Source of the DNA: Yuukianura sp. NJ FZ-2021
Lineage: Eukaryota
Reading direction: 5' to 3'
NCBI GenBank assembly: GCA_046563655.1
Contig: CM102290.1
Location: 12,028,001-12,092,000, forward strand
Length of the DNA stretch: 64,000 nucleotides
In this document: positions 35,501 through 47,500 of the stretch, piece after piece
Numbering within the stretch: position 1 is the stretch's first letter
Layout of the letters: each line of letters begins with the position of its first letter
Made by a program: the position numbers and the translations under genes
The notes under the pieces: model-generated
What the model saw: the letters and a program-made list of their open reading frames with translations, nothing else
Databases searched by the model: none
What the model was told of the DNA's origin: nothing

Positions 35501-38500
35501 GAGTCCGGTGATGGAGCTGAGTTGTGATTTGGTGAAAGGAAAAGTGAAAGTAAAGTTGATTCAATTGGAGTAATTGTGTTGGCCATGTTTGTGACAGGAC
35601 AAAGAGTGACTTGATTGTTGCGGCCACGAATGGACACGCCAGAATACATTCGGAGTCTGACAACTCGAACTCGCTCAATTCGTCCCACCAGAGCCTAGGG
35701 TCTTCCGGAGGACTCGGCGGTGGACATCATCCAACCCACTTCAACACTCTGCCACATCCCCACCACCATCAACATTCACACGCTAATAACAGTAGTACTG
35801 ACCCCAACGCTGGTTCAAGAACGCTCAAGCACCACTCCACCCAGCAGGTAAACATTGGGAGCCTACGGAAGTGGAAACTGAAACCAAAGTTAGGTTTTAA
35901 GTTAGGGTTTTACGTGAATCAGTGAAAGATTTTGTCTAACACTTACTGTTTTTGATGTTGCTAGGAGACGAGAGTGACACAAATAATTCGTGAGTTGCAG
36001 CAGATGGGCCCTGATGGTCAACAAATGGACTACTCTGGTGTCTCTGGACGAGGAAATACAGGGAATGCTCAGATGGCAGACTATGGGACTACGGGCTACG
36101 GCACTACTCCAAGGCCACACTATGTTTCGAACCCAGCTCAGGATCACATGACCTATGACCCTATGCAGGACCCATACTACGGCAGAGGCGTCCTACCACC
36201 AGAAGCTGGTCAGTTTCTTACAATCTTTCATGCCTAAAAATTCGTAGAAACTGCCAATATTCCATAAGTGTTGAGTATTCATAGTCAGACTATCGATCAC
36301 TAACAATAGGATGGGCAAACTGTGGAAAAAGAGTTCAAGTGTTGGCTGATATGCGAAACCGGAAATTTTTGAAAGTGCAGCAGACCCTCTCGTATAGCAA
36401 CTCGTTGTGATACCGTAAACTCTCTGATTATCGCCTGAGAAGTATTGAACCACTCAAAGCCTCCACCAGCACAGCAGTGTTGCTGGATATCTATTTTTTT
36501 TAACGTTTCGTCCGGTGGATTATATATTTCAGCCGGTTTTGTCCACATGAAATGACTGGATGAAATGTATATAAATGGATTCATCCGGAATCTTTCATCT
36601 AGATTTAGGTGGAAGAAATATTTTATACATCCGACAACACTGCCAAGCAGCTAATTTTTTGTTAAAAGTTAACCTCTCTCCAAAAACTTGAGTTTTACGG
36701 TATTTTTGTGAAGAGAAAAAATAGTTGCTATATGAGAGGGTCTACTGTAACCAAGAAAAATTTGAAAAGAAGCGGCGTAACCATTGTAAATGAGGCCGTA
36801 GTGGTGAATGATGTTTTAAAAGTGTATTTGGAAGTTGTCATATTTGGGGAATTTGGAAATAGGGCTCTGATTGGCAAGTTTCCAGAGCATACTTCCTTGG
36901 CCAAGAGCGCTTGAAAGCTCTGGTCTGCATTTACTCAAAGTTATTTCATCTGCTAATGAATGAAACATGCATTTCAAAAGAGTTGCCTAAAGAGCGGGAA
37001 TGGCAGAGTAAGTTTAAACGTAGTGGTGGGACTTAATTGCTTCGCTCTAAAAATGAATATGGATGAGACAGGATCCGCGTGGAGTTCCACTTCAAATGAA
37101 GATGGAGGTGAAACTTTTTTTTCCAAGTCTATGTGTGGATGGAGACATTAGGACATTTGGGGAGAGACGTTCATAACTTGCTTAGAAATTGTTAGGGTGA
37201 TGCTACACAGATTACTATGTTAGAAGAATGCGCGACGAGATGAAACTATTTTTTTAAAACTGGAGTGTTTTGAATTTGGATTTCGTGATGTTAGGAACTT
37301 TTAAGAGAAAGTTGACGTAAAGTTATGCCAGTGTAATTGCTTTCTTTTCTGTTTCTTATTAAGTTGCGAAAGCTACTTTATGTATCGACCTTACTGTCCG
37401 TCTGTCTGTCTGTCTGGTCGTTGGCGGGAATTAACTCGAAAACGGCTCAACATATTTTCATTTAATCACAACTGTATATCATTCCGGCGGGTCAACGGTC
37501 AAGGTCAACCAGGTTTATTCTTGGTATGGTATAGAGTGACCTCTACAAAAGTTGTTGGCGTTGATGCAACTTTTGTGTACATCACATGACCCCAAGTGGC
37601 CTCCCATAGCAAAACTCAACTTTTTTTCAGTTAACCGTTCATAACCATAGTACGTTAAAGTTCACAGTGTGTACTCGTGAGTGATCAGTCTTTTGCGCCA
37701 TCTTTCGCTACTTTCGTACACTCCGGGTTACGGCCGGATTTATGCTGGACTTATACTACTCCGAAAGCATCTTCCTGGAATGTCATCTCTGCTGGCATTG
37801 CGCTAATTAAGAGCGGCAAGGTGATGCTAGGCAGGATATTAATCTGAAGACAATCTTAAAATTAGTCGTAGAAAGCAAAAGTAGTTTGTTGTTTGCATCT
37901 TGGGATGTGGAGGATATGAGGCATGGAGAATGGTGGGAAACAAGAGGATTAGTGGTGTAAAAATGGCGGGGAAATTAGCGGAGAATGTTTATGACTATGT
38001 TTATTAGAAGTGACGCATTGCATATGAAAACGGTAGCATGTTGTAAGCATGGCTTTGTATTTTTGTGATGACCCAGCACATGCCTGAATTTTGAGAGTTT
38101 TTTTTTGTCGTTTTTTTTTTCGTTGATTTATGTTTCTGTTTTTGTAGTCGTCAATTTTGATTTATGATTTTGTGTTGTTTTGCTGGGTGGAATTGCCTGG
38201 AACAGGTCAGCAGGAGCGTTATGTCGGAGGAGACGGAAGCTACGCCGGAGGAGGCGACTATGAGCATGAGCAGTACATTGGAGAGTACAGAACGTACGGC
38301 GCAGGTCCACATCATCAACCATCCGCCTACTACATGTCGGATCGACCAAACTCCCCGCCGTCACTGAGTGAGAGATCAGACTCACCGTCAGTCGTTCGAC
38401 CTTTGACCTCAGGTAGACTTGGTTGCACATGCTTGATTCTTGACCTAAGTTTGAATAGTTGCGCATGAGCAGGCTTTGACCTAAGCTAGATCAGCTGGAG

Positions 38501-41500
38501 CATGATCGGCATTTGACCTCAGGTTACACATGACATACGAACCAAGATTTGTAACAGTGGAGTTTGAGTTGGTAAGATTTGTGATGTGCTCTGGGTTGGG
38601 ATGGCGGAAGGAACTGTCAAGGGCCCAGGACCCTTGAATTTGTCTCCTGTTATCTTGGCCCTGTCTCAGAAGCTGGTTTTAATCTGGTCCATGTCCTTTG
38701 TCTCTGCGTGGCTATGTGCATGGAGGCTGGTGGATTGCGGAAGTGACTGTCATTTGTCTCTGTTAGTTAGGCAGACCCACTTCCCCAGTCTGCCTAATCA
38801 GTATTTATAGGGCGGGAGTGGGAGCGGAGACTTTCACTTCCCGGGTTTCCCCGCTCTCGGAGGATTTTTCCCGGGCATTTTGCAATCATAAGTTAAATAT
38901 GTTGGAATTTTATTAATTTTCCGATTGAAACAAGATCGAACGCGTGTTTTCTTATTCCCTGGCAAGGTCAAAGGTCAATGACCTTAGGTCATATGTCAAC
39001 AATGTCAAAAATTGTACTGTTATAAGCTGTTTGCATGTAACACTCAAACAACGATCCGATTTTTAATTGGTGATCTGGAATGGAATTCTGGTACGAAAGA
39101 ATCGACTTCTTTCGGGTAATCCGGAATTTGAAACGCTCGATGCCGGGTAGTCGATTACTTTGAGTAATCGGAAACTGTGCTAAGGTAATTGTAAACTTTG
39201 TATTTTGTAGTTTGTGTGTGGTTGTGTAGTTTTTTGGAATGTTGTGCTCAGGTGGGATATGGAAGATGAAGTTGAAGGACTTTGTGTGTGGGAAAGTCGG
39301 AAGTGGATGAGTGATCTTTTGGATCCTCTTATCCCAGTCTCTCCTGGGAAATTCAAAGAGAACGGATTTGGATGTTGGGAGTCGTCTTTTAGAAACAAGG
39401 AATTCCTTTGGAACGTTCCAAAAAACCGGAAACTCAATGTTAGGTTTCAAATTCAAACAGCAGCAGGAGGGAGACTACAGGGAGTTAAAAGTGGGCAGTG
39501 AAGTTTGTGTGAACAACGGTGACTGTAGGTTAAAAGTTTTAGCTTGGCGTTTAGTCTTTAACGACTTTGGACAACCCTGATGGCACTCTCGCCCTAATTT
39601 TGATCACGAGCGATAAAAATCTGCGCCATATTTGCAAGGAGCACGTTCAGACTAAAAAAGAGCGGGAGGAATCTTCTTTTGTAAAAAAGAATCTTTGAAT
39701 AGGAATCCGGGAGCCGTTTTAGAGGTTTGTTGGAAAATGAAATGTTGGTGTTCGTCTTGTGCCAAACGGAACGGCGACTGTGTCTGACCTAGGTTTTTGT
39801 GAAGCCTTTGACTGCTGGAGCTCATAACGCTTCTGTAGCACCTTGGCGCTCCAGGAATTTGAGACTGGAAGAACCTAAGCGTTGCAAAAAAGGCTTTTCA
39901 CATTTGAGTCCGTGCCCGCTTTCTTTTTTCGGGGAAAAAGAGAATGGGAAAGTGGAAAGTCCTTGGAGACTTTTCCTTTTGGCTCAAATTTAGTAGGCCA
40001 AGCACAAGAAGTGTTCTAACCATTTCTGAGGTCGTGGCAACAGTGAAAGGTGGAATATCCCCTTTTCACAAGGTTTACGAACACTTTTCCCCATTTGGAC
40101 TTTACTGTGTGGCTTTGGCAATCGTTTGCCAATGTTCTGACTGTGCCTGTTAAGCTCTACGTAAGCTAAAAACATGCATTGATTCCCTATTGCTACACAT
40201 GAGAAAGAGGAACATTTACTGGAATGTTGGGAGTTCTTGGGACTGGAATGGGCGAGAGATCAGCGGCGGGATTCGTGAAATCGGGTTTGCGCTAAATGAT
40301 TCAAAAGAGGCCCTCCAAAAGAGAGAACCATAAATACGAGGATTTATTGACCGCCGAAGGTTTTCTACTGGAGACTAGTGTGTGTTTTAAAATCGCTTTT
40401 CATTTTTGGAACTACGAATTCTTGAGTTTGGTGCTGTGGTTAGGATAAAAAGATAGGCAGGGGTATGTTAAAAGTTAGGATATGGCAGGATATTTGCTAA
40501 ATTAGGCTGCAAATTATGATTACGAAGTTAGGATATGTTTTGTATGTTGGATAATAAAGTGAGGATAAGTCATCACTTTAGATTCGCACGGTTGAGATAA
40601 ATTATCACTGTTTGGTTTTGAATGAAAGTCAGGATAAGTGATGCGGCTAGGATAAGTCAGGAATTGGTTGTGCACGACAGGATAAGGGTAATTAATGTTG
40701 GTAGGTTTAGGAGATAAGGAAAAGCCATGAGTGTGAGGATAAGTGATAAATGTTAAGTTTGGAAGATAAGGATAAGCGATGAACGTGAGGTTCTGAAGGT
40801 CAGGATAAGTTATGACCTAGAGCATATCGATGTCAGGATAAGTTATGGAAGTCGCGAAATCGTCAAAGATCGGGTAAATTAGGAACGCTGAGTTCTATGA
40901 AAGTCAAAGTTGGAAGTCAGCATATAAAAGTAAAGTTAGGATGGTGAGTAGCACAAGAAGTTACACTAGCAACCAAATAGCCTTTTCACTGTAGTGAAAG
41001 TTAAGTTATGACATTAGGGTTATGAAAGTTGAAGATTAGCAGTTTTTGTTGGTGTCAATGACCCTGGGCGGTTGAGTTTTGGGCTGAATGTGTCTGATCC
41101 ATCTATTGTTTTTGTTTCTGAATGTGTTTGGCATTTGACTTTCGTTTTGTCCTTATAGAAGAGTAGTGGTGGAATTGGATATTGGATTCTTTTGTTTTAA
41201 TTCTGGAATGGAGATTTTAGTTCTTTGTAGAGTCCTACTTGACTCATTTCAGTTCAATCTGGGATGAGCAGAGGTTGACTTTTGTTAGAGAAGGAAGAAA
41301 TGGCTCCTGATTTCTGAAGATGTCTTTTGTAACGTCTTTTGAGAACTAAAGTTTGGGCAGCGCACATGGGGCTGACTGTTTCCGTGGTAGTGGTGGGGGC
41401 GGTTAGTCTAAAAAGTTGTAGCCAAGGCAGGCGGGAAGGAGGTGAATACTACCCGGGTTTTCTGGTTGAGCCGAAGTTTGTGGTGGGTTTCGTTCCGATG

Positions 41501-44500
41501 TGAATTTCCTTTAAGTCCTATTCCTTGGAATGCTCTCACTTCTGCATCGCTGATTCTTTTCCATTTCCCGTTTCTCTTGTCTTTGGAGATTTTGAAAGAG
41601 GCGCTGTGCTATTCAAACTTTGGTGGTAGTCTTTTCCGTGCGTTTGTGAGACAAGGCGGATAAGTTCTCATCTCAAGTCTGACGAAAGTGGAAGTTTTTG
41701 TTACTTTTTTAAATTGGTGTTAAAAAGTGAAGGGAAGGTCAGAGGTTAAGGTTAGGTTAAAGAATAAGTGACAAATCTGGGTTTGTGGTAACTGTGTCAC
41801 CCTAGAGTAAGTGTGGCCTAACTAAGTGTGTTTGGCGTGGACTGTCAGTTGGCGGATGTGGAGCCCATTTGCGGTGACTGCTCAAGTGTCACCGAGCGGA
41901 AGTGGTGTGGAACTTAATTGAGAGGGAATTGTCACCCGTTCGGTTCCCTCCGGATATGTCCACATCCGCTAAGTGTAGGGACAAGCATTTTGGCCATGTC
42001 GGGGTACTTTACCTGTTGACCTCTTTGTCTAAGTGACCTTTGACCTTTTGAAGAGTGAAAGGTTTTGGAGGAAGATGCTGAGAAGCTGTGTTGGGAGATG
42101 CCAAAATCTACTATTCGGATTTGGCTGAATGCAGGTAAATTTCTTTCTTTGGTTGGGAATAATTGCGTTTTTGGGAAGTGAATTGTTTGGCCCTGCGGGA
42201 GATCTTTTTTTGAAAAAAAAAAGTTAGTTTTTTGGAAGTTAGTTTTTTGTGGTTGTATTTTTTGTATGGAAACTGAGTCATTGAATGGTGCTGAAGATGT
42301 GATGTTTTGTGACCTACTGTGGGTTAAAGTGCTTCTGAATCACCCACAAGTCAATGTTGGCCCCCCGCCAGACTTGTAGTTTTTTTCCAGGAATAGAGCC
42401 ATCATCCTTGATTGAATCGCAGTTTGTAGGGAGGAGGAGGGGGAAGCAGGAAGTGAGGTTCAATGGCTTTTCTCGGTTCTTGGATGTTCTGAAAGTGGGT
42501 GATGGAACTGTTCATTAGGTTAAATGCAGGAGGAGAGCCTAATATTTAGACACCTAATGGAGAAAAGTTGGTAAGTTTCAAGAGATCCAGAAGATATGAG
42601 ATATCGGTGGAGATTTTTCTTTGGAAAGTGTCACTTCCAGGAACAGGGAACAAGTACGGAGTGTTCCTGGTGGAGAAAACTAGGATGCTGCGAAGTATCC
42701 GGGGGAGGGGTTTGCAGGAAGCCATTTGTTGGCGGGTAACACTAAAAACCGAAGACAAGATACTTTGAGGCCTAATTCATCAGAAAAGTCTACAAATCGG
42801 AGAGACGAGCATGTCATCTGGTCTGGTTCAACCAAAACTTCCGTGTTTTTGGGATAAGTTTGGCAATACGGTGGCTTTTTTCGCGATGAATTTGGCAATG
42901 TGAGGACTTTTTGAGTTTTCTGGCTAAGTTGATGAAGGAAGGCTCTGTTCCTGGAGATGCGTAAGGGAAAGTGAGGAAAGTCCCACGAAAAGACACACAT
43001 TATTCTTTGCTCACTTTCTCCTTGGCTCGAGTCCAGCAGGAAGCCTCCATGTTCACTTTCTACCAATAGGAAGCCACCTAACGTAAAGTAGCAAGGAAAG
43101 AGTCTTGGAAGGATGCTGGATGCTGGAATTCATCAAAGGATCAACAGCATCTTCCATTCTGATACCAAATCTCTCAGTGTCATTCCGATACACGGAGTTT
43201 TTTTTCTTTTTGGCGGGAGTTGGATTTTCGTAGACTGATGACAGCCAATACTTTTAAACTTTTATTTATTCGGAGGAATTTGATTTGTTGAAAATGTTGG
43301 TGGAAATGTCAATGACCTGGTGAATGGTAAAATGCGACTGTTTGGAATACCCGGTGGTTTTACATGGTTTAAAAACCGGGTAACACTTTTTGCATGTGCT
43401 AGCAAACCAGGATTGGAGTTCTGCTCAAATTCAAAAATATTTCAAAAACAATATCAAGAAGGCTGTGAGAAGCCAAATAATGGGTTTTCAAATTTACTAT
43501 TTTTGAGAAACTGTGAAACTTTTTATGAAAATTTTGAAAATAGCAAATTTTGGTGTTCGGTTTGAGTATAATGTGGCGATAGCGTTTTTAAAACGTGCTC
43601 CTGCATGAGAGAGAACTTTTCAACTTTTGAGAACTACTGCTGAATCGGGGACTTCTTGTGCGATTTTTTGGATTTTTTTTATGCAAACTTAACGTAAATT
43701 TGAAGTTAGGTTAGTGAATTTGTCTGTCTTAGCCTAATCTAAAGTTATTTTGAGCTGAGTAAACCTAACCTATTAGGCCGCCAACGCTTTGCTTCATGGA
43801 TGAAGAGAGAAGGATAAGGTTGACGTGACTAGATTGATGCTTGGTTGGCTTATTGGCGACTGGGAGGAAATGTGGAGTTCATTATGCACAAATCCAACCG
43901 CTACTACCCGAGAATACCCGCCTTGTTAGTGTTTTAGTGCGGGTTTTTTGAAAGACGAGTTATTTGAAAAGGACTCTTTGTAAGGAAATGTGACTCTAAA
44001 AGTCTTCGGGTTTTTCGGTTTTTTGGGATGTCATGGCGGGAAGGACGGATTGAGGGTTTTACAGTGACTGCACGAGTAGAATGTGTTGTTTGTTTATTTG
44101 TTGCGAAGAATTGTGTGGAGAAAAGCAATTTGGAAATATTTGGTCGTGTCCTGGGCCCTCAAGTCCTCTCCACTTTTTAGATTTTTCTGTTCAGATGAGT
44201 TTGGAGTGCGGAGTTGTGTTTGGGGATGGTGGGATATTGGGTTGGGACGGAGGCGGTGTGGAAAGTGAAGTGACCATTGTTCGCTCCATTTAAGAGAAAG
44301 ATGCTGGATAAGAAACCTGTCAAGAAAGTGCGAACCCATGGGTCATGCTTGCTCTTGCTCGGATTGGATACTGGGGTATTCCTGGACGGTTATGGACTTA
44401 TAATTATGGACGAACAGTGATACTGGAAATCCACTTTTTGGAAATTTCGTCCACGGCTGGATATCCAGTGGAAGAAATAGATTACCCTATTTCACGGCGT

Positions 44501-47500
44501 ATAAGTCGACTTGGCCGTGGACAACTGTCCGGTTGTTTCGTGTGGTGAGCTGGTACTACTGCTGATACGCGGGATAGGATTTGATATAGGGCGCATATTA
44601 ATTAATAATCTTAATTAGTTGAAGTTAATTAAAGACTGATGAAACTGGATTATTAATTTGTATGTTTATGTGTTTTTGAATAGACTACATGCGACAGGCG
44701 GGCTACCCACCTACTGGTTATGAAGAAATAGACTCGGGGATGGTACCCCCTTCACGTCCAGAATACCTCACACCTCTCACAAATACTCACCCCAACAACT
44801 ATGGGGAGATAGGTAAGTGGCCAGTTAAAAATGAAAATTACAGATTTTAAAACTTAGTAAAAAAAAAATTTTTTTTTTGGTGAAAATATTCGCAAGTGCT
44901 TTATTTTTGCGAAAATTCCCGGCTAGGATGAAATGAATTTTCTCTTTGAATTTAAACTTGGAAAGATAGCAAAAGAGTCCAAAAGTGTTTATGAAAGTAT
45001 CAAACCGCCTTTAGGTTTTGCGAATTTTGAAAAAATGAAAATTTTGCGGCAGATTAACGAACGTTAATTGCTAAGTCTGTGCTGAATAGAAATTCAATTT
45101 TTGATTGTTCTATGTGAAATGCAAAATGCTTGAAAACGGCGCTTTTTGTTCAGTAATTGGTTAATAGTAGCTGAGTTGCATGACATGCGGTAGTGTTAGT
45201 TGCGAAGCGATTGAAATAAGGTACATGTCGGTATGGGTTTTGCGCTCACGTTATTGCTGACCTCTGTATTTTGTTACAGCACGACATGACTTTTGACTTG
45301 AGCATGTTCAATGTTTGTGTTGTGAGTAACTTTGTGCTTGTTTTTGTTGTTGATTTTGTGTGTTTCTTTTTTTTGTGTTCGTTGTATTTGTTGGTGCCAT
45401 GTTCAGAAGAAGAGCGAGGTCGGAATGGTGGCTATTTGCTTGGTGGGAACTGGGGGACGTCGGGTGGTGGCTCAACTGCTAATGGCCCCACCAACTCCTC
45501 TACGTCACACTACGGAAATCTCCCTGTCCGCCCTTACCTCCTTGCCAGTGGAACTGGAACGACCTTACATAGCACCACGGACAATCAAGTTGAAGAAGTT
45601 TCCTCCGAGAACCCGTCACCCGTCGGAGGAGATCATGGCGTGCCAAATACAAATAATAGCAATAGTACGATGAGTAGTGGAGAGGGGAGGGTTGGAAGCC
45701 ATTTGGGTCATGGCGGCTCCACCGGCCCCACCACCTCCTCAACGACCCACCTTCATCATCATCTTCATCCCCACCAACATTCGCATCAAAACGACTCCCC
45801 TAGCAGCTCTACAAATACGAACAACACAGGTTATTGACGGCATGAAAACCAATATGCTCGATTTGGTTAAAAAAAATTTATGGGAAACCATAATTTCAAA
45901 AATTTGGAAAATGATCAAATTTTTTTAAACAATTTTTTAACCAATACCATGACCTACTTTTTACTTTTGCTGGAAAAAATGCTTTTGTGGTATTTTTTTT
46001 TGCGTGGAACTGGATGCTTCTCGTTTTAAACCATGAATTGTGCTTTTGCTTTTTACTTTAAAAAAAAGATGAACATCGACTGACCTTTGACCTAACATAT
46101 GCCTAACAAAACTTGTTACACTTTCGTATATGTTTCTATACCGAACATTTCTTGTTCGAAATTTCCAAAAAGTCTTAAACTTTTTCTATGCCGCTGCATT
46201 TCGGCCAAGAAAAGTCCCAAACTTTTTGAATTTGTCACGTTGACAAGTTTTGTGTTTTGTTTTTCAGGAGTGAGGTGGCGTGACCCTGACCTGCACGAAG
46301 TTATTCAGTTCTTGGGAAATCCAAATCCTGTAGTAAAAGCAAATGCTGCCGCTTATCTCCAGCACCTCTGCTACATGGATGATCCTGTAAAGACGAAAAC
46401 ACGCGTCCTTGGCGGCATTCCCCCTCTCGTTGCCCTCCTGAGTCACGAGCAACCGGAAGTACATCGAAATGCTTGTGGAGCTCTCAGAAATCTTTCCTAT
46501 GGTCGTCAAAACGACGAGAACAAGAAGGCAATCAAGAGTGCAGGGGGAATTCCCTCCCTCGTCCGCCTTCTCAAGAAGACTCACGATGGAGAGGTCAAGG
46601 AACTTGTGTCTGGAGTCCTCTGGAACCTGTCTTCTTGTGAGGTAATTACAATTGTAATTTCCAATTACCTTAACATAATTGACTTGAACTGGAGGTCATG
46701 ACGTTGATTTTTGTGCAGGAACTGAAAAAGGCCATCATAGATGACGGAGTTGTTCCCTTGGTAAACGTCGTAATCATTCCGCACAGTGGGTGGGACCGCA
46801 ATAACGTTAGTGGAACAAGTTCCAACCACATTCCAGATCCATGTTGGTCCACGGTTTTCAAAAATGCCTCGGGAGTATTTAGGTAAGTGGGCAGTACAAG
46901 GAAAAAGTTAGTTAGTTTTTAAATACAAATACATAGATAATTAATGATTATTAATCATTGTGTATTTTTGTGGTTGCAGAAACATTAGCTCAGCCGGGGA
47001 GTATGCTAGGAAGAAACTGCGAGAGTGCGAAGGGCTGGTAGAGGCGCTGCTCCATGTCGTCCGATCAGCCCTAGCTCGAGCCGAGGTGGACGACAAAAGT
47101 GTAGAGAACTGCGTCTGTATCCTTAGAAACTTGAGTTATCGATGTCAAGAAGTTGAGGATCCAAACTACGACAAGCATCCTCCTCCGTTAGCCCAGAACA
47201 GAGCAACGGCCGCGCCCACTGCCAAAGGAGACAACCTAGGCTGCTTCGGAGCAAAGAAGAAGAAGGAGGCTGCTCTGGCAGCATCTTCTCCGAAAGAAGG
47301 GAATTCTGTCAACGCGGGAACGGGAACGACGCGGAGTGCAAGTCAGGTCAACAGAGGAGAACCTATTAGTGGAATGGAGCTTTTATGGCAACCGGAGGTA
47401 AAAGACGTCATTACCATTTATGTTAAGCGTTACTAGATCGTGGTCAATGTCACTTTGATCCTGGAACCATTTTCTAAACTGGCGGGAATTTTTTTAACTT

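Noticed and set aside
38989..39580. Overlapping ORFs on both strands in a delta-catenin intron
   Set aside because: No domain similarity, and no phase-compatible open exon with both acceptor and donor.
40440..40960. CRISPR-like repeat-spacer reading of the GGATAAG array
   Set aside because: The core is only 8-14 bp and degenerate, spacing is irregular, there are no cas genes, and it sits in a eukaryotic intron; a minisatellite explains it better.
43108..43156. Hairpin ggaaggatgctg...cagcatcttcc as a pre-miRNA
   Set aside because: The stem is only ~11 bp with a poorly paired interior; too short for a Drosha/Dicer substrate.
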